A DNA stretch of 64,000 bases. It comes from Bugula neritina. Its lineage: Eukaryota > Animalia > Bryozoa. Made by a program: the position numbers and the translations under genes. The notes below the pieces were generated by a model. The model did not search any database. It was given only the letters and a program-made list of their open reading frames with translations, and was not told the DNA's origin. The DNA lies in contig OZ037765.1 of the NCBI GenBank assembly GCA_964035545.1, positions 26,845,504 through 26,909,503 of the forward strand, in the 5' to 3' direction. The first letter of the stretch is position 1. Every line of letters starts with the position of its first letter. Positions 54,390 through 64,000 of this stretch are shown piece after piece.

Positions 54390-54960
54390 CTATTACTAAA
54401 CTATTACTGATACTGATACTATCAGTGATACTGTGATAGTGATACTGATAGTCATAGTGAATGTGATACTGATAGTGATTAGACTCATTTACTACTTAGT
54501 ACTTACAGTTACAGTTGCTGCTTAGTACTTACAGTTACTACTTAGTATTTACTACTTACTTTTAGGACTTACTATTTAGTATTTACTCTTAGCCCTTAGG
54601 ACTTACTGTTACTGTTAGTAAGTCTTAGGAGCTATTGTTAGTGATTCGGATCACTCATACTCGTAGTCATAGTCATTAGTCATGACAGTAACTGTTAGTG
54701 TTACTGTTACTCATTATGATTATGGTTATTTATTACATTAAAGTACTGATAGTGATTATGTTTACTGGTTATTGGTACTCAATGACAATCCCATAATTAA
54801 GTTATTAACTCATGTTGTCTATCATTGAAATTGTATGAAAGCTTCCAAATTAAGTTATTACTTATTAGTACTACTACGTTATCATTATGTCTTAGATAAA
54901 CCTATCCTTATAGTTATATCAATATGAATATAATTATATGCTTACACTAATATTCTTACA
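54390..54960. repeat. Periodic AT-rich tract upstream of the first coding exon of the kelch gene
   Basis: tgatac/agtgat/actgat, acttag/ttacag/tgttac and agtcat runs. Confidence 0.8.
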
Positions 54961-55256
54961 GTTATAGTATATTATTTAAATTGCATAGCTGTTGAATCAT
55001 TATTTCTTATAATACAAACTATTGTAAAAGTAGAACTTACATGTAATATTTGGCAGCCTTAGCATTTATACTGTTTTGGATACTTTTTGCGTAATTGAAA
55101 AACTAGATTTTGCAAGAGATTTAGGTTGTTTGATGAAAAATCCCTTTGAAGTTGTTAAATGATGGATATATTTTTGCTTGTAATCAACAAATGTACCTAC
55201 CCTTTATGATATCTATGTTCATTCATGATTTTGTAGATTTTGCTACAAAAAATGTC

Positions 55257-58200
55257 ATGAGTGGAACTGCCTTTCCTGGTTTAGATGAAATTCTTACACT
55301 TCCATGTAAAGGTTAGCTGACAAAATTTTGGCCACAATTAATTTAAACTGCTCTAGAGCCTAAAACTACTGCTAAATCAGAATTATATGAATTATGTAAA
55401 CTCTAGTCAACTCAAAAATATTTATATTTACTTTATTGGTTTGTATAACTCATTACAAATCAACTTAATGTACTGTAATTGTTAAAGTATAGACAATTGC
55501 TTAAAGTTAGCCAAATTAGACAGCAATACAGCAAAACATAATTTTTTGTTGCAACTAATGCTCCTCAGTGTCAATATTCAATACTGTCACTCTCACATAT
55601 ATAACCTATACTATAAAATAGCATTTTAAAATATTTGATTATGGCTTGTTGCTGACGACAATAATTTATTTTATGCATAGGGTACTATGATTTAGTTTCT
55701 AAATTTACTCAACAGTTTTATTCAACAAACTAATTTATTCTTAGTCTGTTGTTTAGACATAATAATTTTGTGTGAATTTTAGATTTAAGAAAGAACGTGT
55801 CTGATGTTATGCAGACATGGAACAGGCTGAAGAAGTTGCACCAAACAGAGACTGACCACATTGATGCCGATACACTGTAAGCTTATCCTTCTATTTTTTG
55901 TCACACAGTTTTTTTAGTATATTTTATTATTCAAATGCAAAGCTTTTTCTGGTCAACTTAAATCGATTTTCTTGTAGAATTTTCCTGTTACCATTTTCTT
56001 CTACTACTAGTTGTTGCATCTGCAAGACAGTCCAAGATCAAAATGGTCAAATAAACTGGAGATTTTGTTTGGGTAATGAGTATTTATTTTATCTGAATGT
56101 GGTGTTGGTGTAAGTTGAGCAGTATTGGAGAAACTGAAAAAGGCTCGTATTATAGATTAGAAAAGTAACAAAAAAGTTATGTTTGCTCAATAAATTCAAC
56201 ATGCACCCCAAACCAAAATTTATTAAGAAAATGGAAGAACTTAAGCTATTAGAATTCCTTCATTGCTACACCTAAATGGCTTTTTAAGTCTAAACAGTAT
56301 TAAGACTATATATTTTAAATGTTTGTATTTTTTGTAGCTTCCATTGCACTGCTAGTTTCTGGCACCATTTTAGAGAAGATTAATTTCATTCGGCAATTGG
56401 TAAGTTATAAGAACTGGAATATACTATGCTTTTAAAAAATTTCACACATGTTTGTACAACACTGTTTACTTGAGGATGAAATTTAACATATAATTGATAT
56501 ATTATTATTAAATTATTATAAAAAATGTAGGTGTAGGTTTGTTTCAAGTACTTTATATATTATATAATTACTTAGTTGTTGTACGAAAAACCTACTCTAA
56601 AGTTATTAATGTTATTGCTTTGCGATCTATTTAATTGTAGTATGAAAAAGAAAACTCTTTCAACAGTTTATTGAAAGACGTGTTGCGTTGTGCACAGAGG
56701 TGAGTATTAGATACAATTATGATGATAGAAATCACACCTGTAAGTAAATAGCCCCAGCCTATTTCAACTCCTATACATGCTTGTAACTTGCTACTCAAAT
56801 AATAGGTTACCTGCTGTGATTACAGTGCATTCCTCAAAGCCACAATATCCCACTAACCATTGATTAAAGCAGTAATGTGCTTTTGATTGTACACGTATGC
56901 AGTGTATATAAAGTATACAGTGTAGATAAAGTATACAGTGTATGCAACCTATAATTATAGTGTGCGTACAGTGTGGGCTGTGTGTGTGTGTAGTGTGCAT
57001 AAAAATTTGCAGCTTTGTGGGCCGAGCTCTCCTAATTTATTTTAAATAACTAGTCTAGACTGGTGTAATATTATATGTTTGGGGAATATAAGTGGCTAAC
57101 AAACCACTGCCATGTTTTGTATTACCCTTTGTCTAAGCTATTATAAGAAGTTGTTTTTATAAATGGGCTTTTTTATTTCATAATTTGTAAGATATCCAGG
57201 TTTGTAGCACTAGCGCTGAGTAGCTCTGTAGTCAGCTCTAATACTTGTGATAGAAACTTACATTATATAATAGTGATATAAACTTTTTGCCACACCTTAT
57301 AGGCAAGTTGATATACAGTCACTATACCAGTGCCTCCCTTCTTACTAGTTATATTCTGAAATATATTTTAATTTGTTGTTTAGATAATAAGCTAGCAATA
57401 GCTTCATTAGGGTCTATACTACCTGCAAAGCTGAACTATACTTATGTTATACTGCTCTATGGGCACTTTTATTTCCGTCAACTCAATCTTTATAAAAAAC
57501 TGCCTTAGTGCACAGATATAAATCAAATGCAAATCCTTCTATTTACTTATCCTTATAATATCATTCACAGTGAAGCTACACTGGAGCTATTTGATTAAGC
57601 TTATGGCCAATTAATTATCCTTTTACTCATATAATTCTAAATAGTATAAAAAACAACTCAAAGCTACTTCCGAGCAATTGAACTAAATAAAAGTTTTAAG
57701 AACACAAATTTGCTAGTTTCACTCATAAAAAAGACTAATTTCTATATTATAGTGTTACCAATTTTTCTATTCAAATACATATAAAAATAATAATGAATTT
57801 ATCCACTGTTAATTCTATGCTAGATTCTCTAACTCAATTTTAAACCAGGTTTTCCCTAGTTGTTGATTACAGGAAATTTACGTGTAAAAAGTAGAGTTGA
57901 CAGGTTTTATCTGCTGGTTTCACAGTTACAAATTTTCACTAATAAGGTGAAGCTGTTGCACTAAATGAATTATAAATCACCAACACATCTACTCTAATAT
58001 CTCAATGCTGTTGTATATGTAAGTAGATCCAGTTACAAAGAGTTGGCACACAGCATCACTGTTCATAATATTTTAAAACTGGGCACCAATTTTATTAGGA
58101 CATTGGAATCTCATCAATGATATTTTTTAGTTTATTCTGCTTTTCTTTGATTGCGTAAAACATTCACTTAGGAGCAGTAGCGGTGAAATTGAGAGAGACT

Positions 58201-61200
58201 AAATTTTTTAATTTTATTAGTAATTATTGGTTTGGGGGGGGGTTGAAATTCTTGCGAGAACATAACTTCTTTTGCTCAATCTAGAACACAGGCTGTTCTC
58301 AATTTCTCTGTTACTGCACCTACCTCAAAACATTTATGTTCACAAATTTCCAGGCCATCTCAATTTTAGTATGTGATAATAGTTGTTTTGCTGAAAGATT
58401 TGTTTGCATAAAATCTTGTCCCAGTAAGTGATAGGAATCTTAATATAATATTATTATCGCAGTATAGCATTTAGCTGCTACTATAGTGCTTGCATATAGT
58501 TGTGGTAGCATTACTTACTACATTTAGTTTAATAAAATTGTATATAGTTTTGGGCAAGTTTACTGTTTGAAAAGCACTATAGCAAAATTATTAACATTTG
58601 CACATTGTACATATTCAATCATGAAGAAGCAATGATGAAAAATTCTCATAAAAATGTTAGGCCACAAAGTATATACAAAAACAGCATCGGAGGTGCATGG
58701 AATTCATTGTCCACTTGTACTATCTCTTTCACATGTAAACAAGGCTAATAGGGTAGCATCATCAGTTATCTGAGACTTGAGTGTTGGTTGATTAGAGGCA
58801 TTTGAATGTAGATTATCTGCTAGTATGCTCATTGCTATTGAGATATCATTCTGTGTGATTCAGCTACTTGATACACTTGCCTTGTGATGTGATAGTAGCA
58901 TTCTCACATGGTTTTGAAATATTTCAACTCCCTCACTAAAGCTTTTATATGATAAGATGATAATATGATTATTACTGGCTTTAATCATTATTTACAAAAT
59001 TTAGGCAAGTAGCCAACCATTGTGGATTCGAAAAATATCAACTTGGAGTGAATTTTACAGTGGCTTGAGTTAGTGCAGTATTTGTTATTACATTTTTAAT
59101 TTTTGGAAGTAACTTGATACATAAATTTAAGGTTCTCTATCATATCAAGGACATAACCTAATGGCTCATTGTAGCCTAAACATTGCTTAGTTCCGTATAA
59201 AGGTTTTCCAATTGAACAACAACTTTGTCTTTACTGCAAAATTTTAGCACAGACTCTTAGATTATAGAGTTAATTAGTAAAGTAATTGTATTGTTTGATT
59301 GTAATTTTTTCAGGTGTAAATATATTATTCATTATAACATGTTTAAGCTTACAAAACATAGCATCACTTGCTACCAGAATGTAAGAAAAATTGAACATTA
59401 CATAAGTTCATTTCTTTCATATTGTTAAAAAATTCTGAGTTTGCTGCTAAAAATAGATTATATGTTTTATATTTCAGAATAGCCATTAGCCTCAATGTGG
59501 AAATCAACTCATTAAGACCAAAGTATAATATTGGTAAGTTACCTCCTAACTACTAACTACTGACTACTAGCTACTACTATCTACTTGTGGCTGAATAATG
59601 CCAGTGATGGTGATGTGTTTTGGCAAGTGTTGTGATTATCATAACCTTGGAAACTAAAGTCCTTGAAGTATCTGAATTTGCTAAGAATCATTTAAAATAC
59701 TTTTTATTTTAATGAGTAATCTTGTATATTTCAAGGAATTTTATCGAAGGGGGAAAATAACTAGGCCCTGTAGTGCTCCTTTATTTCCTCCTATACCATT
59801 TATAATACGATCTAATACATAATTGTTGGGACATTAGTGCAAGTATAATAGCTTCAAATATTTTTATGGAGACTCTTTAGTGTAATTTGATGTGATTGAT
59901 TGAATGTTTTCAAATTTGAGTAGCTGAATAACTGACTATATAATATTCCAACATGGTTGTTGTTTACAGGCTCTGCCAGGTATCATGGTGAAGATAATCT
60001 AACTATTTTGGTTAATGAGCTGTTGAAAGATTATTCTGTGAGTATAATATACCTTTAGGCCTTCAGTGTCTGTTACAAATTCAGATATTTTTATCTTCAC
60101 TAATAATAGTGCAAACTTCACCATTCACCAGTTGAATTTTGAAGCAGGTGCGGTAATAGAGAAATTGAAAGAAGGCCTGTGTTTTAGATTAGAAATTATG
60201 AAGTGGACTTGGGTTATTAAATTTTTCCGTTGCTGCACCTTGAATTGCACATCATAAATATACTTTGTGTTGGTCATAACTAAAATTTACTTGACCAAGT
60301 CAAGTAAAAACTTAATAATAACTTAATAGATCTCTCATAACTTTTGCAGGAGTCTGAGGACACTTTGAATTTGCAGAAGCCTTTGAAATTTTGTTGGTCA
60401 CAAGTAAAAAGTGCTGGAACATCAGCATGCCAAGATTTCCCATGTTCCCGTGTGAAGCATAGTGCTTGTGTGAGTGGTCAGCAGATATACGTGTTGGGTG
60501 GCAGAGACGGCAGGTACCCTGTCAATGATCTCTGGACCTATGATTTGTGTAAGTGAATGATTAAAAACTTGAAATAACAAATAAATATAGTCATTTTTGG
60601 ACAGATCTTATAGTTTAATACATTTTGAAAGAAGTTCAATTAATACTGATTCAAAAACCTATTGTTTTTTAAGTTTCCATGTCCGTGAAAACCCTGATTT
60701 GGGTTTTAAGGGACTCTTGCCATGCTCGTGGTTTGGGGGCTGTTTGCTGTGGCACAGGAGCAATTATGATTGGATGCTCTTTCTAATATCACCAATAAGT
60801 TGCTCTTTAACCCTTAGACAATGGCTGCTTCATAGTTTATATTGATTTTTAAATACCTCTTTAATTCTGTTACTAAGAAAAATTCCTTTTTTGTTTCATG
60901 AATTTGAGCAAAAATTTAGAATCAATTGATATTTCTTGCTATGAATTTCACATGCCACAAATTTGTTTTGAAGAGTCAAGTGTAGCTTGACTTGAATGTC
61001 ACTTTTAGTATAAGAGTTAGTTCTCTTAAGAAACTTAATCAGGTGTAGGGGTTACCTTGTTGCTACATTTACCTTGTAGTGATGGAGTGCTGGTCAAAAA
61101 TGCAAATTAAAGGAGCTGCTCTACCAAACCTGGAAGGGCACAGCATGGTATCCTATGGTAGTCAGGTTTTAGTGTTTGGTGGAGTATCTAGAATGTGCGC

Positions 61201-64000
61201 TGATGGAGAAACTCCACTCTGGATATTAGATACTAGTATGTATGATAATCTTTTGCTGAATGGATAAGTTCAAGCTCGGTAGAATTCATGTTATTTTTAT
61301 CTGAACTTTGATTGAAGGTGTAAACAATTTTTACCTAACAGGCATTTTCTGCAGACATGACATCATAATAAGTTAGCTTAGATTCTAGGCATATTATTAC
61401 AACTATTGATTGCTATTCACTCTTTTATAAAAAAATCTGCTAACATACTAAGAAAACTATTTTAGACACTGGTCTTTGGAAACATTGGACAAGTTCTGGG
61501 GAAGTCACATTACCACCCTGCCTGAAAGGTCACACTGCTGTTGTCACCAATAAGAATATGTACATATTTGGTGGTTATGAAGATATTCTTGGTTCTACAG
61601 AGTTGATGTGGTCGTTTGATATTAGTACGTACTCTTATAGACATCAGTTATTGTGTGATGTTTGTAAAATTTTGTTTTGTATTATAAGTAACAACACTGG
61701 TATGTATTTTACTCCTGCTTTGCCTGTTTGGATAAATTTTAATATGGAATAAATGTCTTTAATGGCGAATTTTTGATAATTTAAATATGTAAATGGAATC
61801 CTTAGGACTTTGCACCTAAACTTACTTTAAGTATAATTGTACTTTATTTTCTTTGTTTAAAGGATTGAGTGTGTTTTGAGAAATTAGCAATTTTGCTTTA
61901 TTTTTATGCCAAGATTTTAAGAGTTTTCTTCCTAGCAATTTTTTGTACTTGACCATGTTTATGTTGTGTTGAATGTAGTGGATGAACAATGGCATTTGGT
62001 GTACAATCACGGTATGAAGGATACAGGACCATCTCCCAGAAATAACCACACAGCTACTCTACACAACAACTCCATGATCGTCATTGGTGGAATAAATAAC
62101 TTAAATCCAGTTACAGACATGTGGTCATGGAGCTTCAGTTAGTATTTTCTATTTCCTTAAAAATATTTTATCCAAACTGTTTATATACTCAATTTTGCTT
62201 GGCTTTTAGTTTTAGTCTTTTAAATTTGAAATAAATTATTTTGATTTGCATACCATTATTTTTGAGGTTTCGAGTTTTTATAAAATGAAAATCTAAATTC
62301 AGAAACTTTGAAGCTGATTTGTCGTAATTCTTAAATTAGGCAAACTAAAGTCAGGACATGGCAGTGAAAGGTGAACAAAATAAAGTCAAGCTGGGAGTCT
62401 CTTAATAGAAAATTTGCATTACTAACTTTGTTGCCTCCTGATTAAGTTATCTATGTTTTACATTTGCTAATATACATAAACTAGCTTATAATTATATACA
62501 TCTATGATTCTATTTGTTGTAAAAACTTATTAAGATTGTAGCTGAAACACCAACCACCCTTTGGAAATTGTTGGAATTGTTTTTTCATCTGTAGGGATAT
62601 ATATGGAAAACATCTATCAATCACAATGAAATAATTGAAATGTAGCATCAGTGTAACTGTTATACATTATAGTTTATTCTGGTATATACTTTAGCTAGTA
62701 GTTTTGTTACAGGGACACAGTATTGGACAAAGATAAAACCTGCGTCTGCTAGCCCTCCAATTGTATATAATCACGCAGCTGTTAAAGTTTCAAATTCAAT
62801 ATACGTATATGGCGGAGAGAACGAGACAGGGTTATTAAAGTCAATCTGGGAGTACAAAATTGGTATGGCTACAACTATATTACTGTAAAAATACATTGGT
62901 AATATAATTTAGTACGTATATTCTAAACAAAGGTAGTTTTTGTGTAGAAGTTTTCAATAGTTTTACATGATAACTTTTTATGTTTTCTGAATTTTTATTA
63001 TTTAGTTTCATCATGCTATGCACAGCTATTTTAGAATTTAGATGAAGATTTTTTTTATTTTGAACTTATATACTGTACAAGTTAGACTTTAGAGGGAAGA
63101 CAACCCTAAACAAACAAGCTCAAAGCAGTTTATTCTGTCAGAACATGGCTACCCTGTAAATATATTAAGAACTGTACAACTAAATTAAAAAATATTTTCA
63201 TTAAATGGCTATTTTTGTCTAAAATTCTGATTGGTTAAACAAGCAGTTAGTGCACACGCAGCTTTTTGATCTATCACCAGATTCAGCCGTGTGGAAGTGT
63301 AAAGAGTTAGATGGATTAACAATACCTTCATCCTTGAAGCACCATATTGGATTGCTAGTATCACCCTCAGTGTACAGAGAGAGTTGTAATGAAACGAGAC
63401 GTATCCATTCCGTCCCAGCCATGAGAGAGATATCTACAGATAAGCTGAGTCGCCCTAGAACTTCACATTCAAACTATTCAGTTTTCAGCAGGTTAGAGGG
63501 CGTAAATAATACTAGATCTAGTATTCTAACATCTTTATATTCACAGTTCAGTGGTTTGCTTATGCTACAGATGCTATGTTGAGTATTACAAGTACAAAAT
63601 ATATTCAATTAATTCGTGTGGTGTGTTTCTGGATATTCTATTCACTAAACGTTATGAGTTGTGTTAATTTTGTAGCAACAAAGTCCACCCATGGAGTTCT
63701 GATTATTTGTTTTCTTCAACAAACAAGAAAAAGAATAGTTTAATTGTTTCAACCATATCAACTGAGTCAAATAACGAGAGTTCTTCTGTCCATTTCAATA
63801 ACAATAACTCTGCATTTACATTGGATGGCTACAGCAAAGAGACGTGTATGAAACAGAGTAAGAGCGACTACACTGTAGTCTCATATTTTCGTTCAGATAG
63901 TCAAGATAAGTTACTTAAAAGACAATCTAGCACTTTTTCAGACAGTTCATTCATATTTGACAACCCAGCCTATGTAAATAGTCATGAAATGCTAACTGGT
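55257..64000 (+). CDS. Kelch-repeat protein with a predicted degenerate EF-hand-like N-terminus and Ser-rich tail (3' incomplete)
   Basis: Frame-consistent exons 55257-55311, 55783-55876, 55978-56072, 56338-56399, 56641-56699, 59478-59533, 59970-60037, 60350-60548, 61080-61235, 61466-61624, 61979-62137, 62713-62862, 63281-63491, 63676->64000. Kelch blades one per exon: RVKHSAC..IYVLGG..DLW, EGHSMV..VLVFGG..LW, KGHTAV..MYIFGG..MW, RNNHTAT..MIVIGG..DMW, YNHAAV..IYVYGG..IW. The kelch part is secure; linkage of the first seven exons is inferred from phase compatibility. Confidence 0.75.

Noticed and set aside
58704-58940. Minus-strand exon-like frame (FSEGVEIFQNHVRMLL...TSGQ*) in the large kelch-gene intron
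   Set aside because: Interrupted by an in-frame TGA (~58860), no recognisable homology and no partner exons found, so I cannot support a nested gene or a selenocysteine reading.

Overview
AT-rich, intron-rich eukaryotic DNA from an invertebrate animal (lophotrochozoan-like; the taxon is inference). I reconstructed nine spliced protein-coding genes by hand from GT-AG boundaries and frame continuity: SLC9C1-type voltage-sensor Na+/H+ exchanger (-, runs off the left edge), nucleoplasmin-domain FKBP (+), MRPS36/KGD4 (-), MAPK15/ERK7-8 (-), SEC13 (+), a FMRFamide-receptor-like GPCR nested antisense in a SEC13 intron (-), TOP1 (-), GTF2F1/RAP74 (+), and an EF-hand-like + kelch protein (+, runs off the right edge). 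Six genes form three head-to-head pairs on short CpG-retaining promoters. The most striking unexplained pattern: every non-nested gene has a 0.35-1.3 kb strand-symmetric, 3/6-periodic (ANT)n/(TWASWS)n-like tract just downstream of its promoter, apparently in the first intron, and these tracts are essentially absent elsewhere. One contains a near-perfect ~245-bp palindrome. Other points: a charge-depleted S4 in SLC9C1, a (KTPQQQG)n heptad array in the FKBP, an RFX X-box upstream of MAPK15, a 16-bp minisatellite filling a GTF2F1 intron, and a ~1-kb compound (GT)n satellite. No rRNA, tRNA or CRISPR array was seen. All exon coordinates are manual predictions without RNA evidence.
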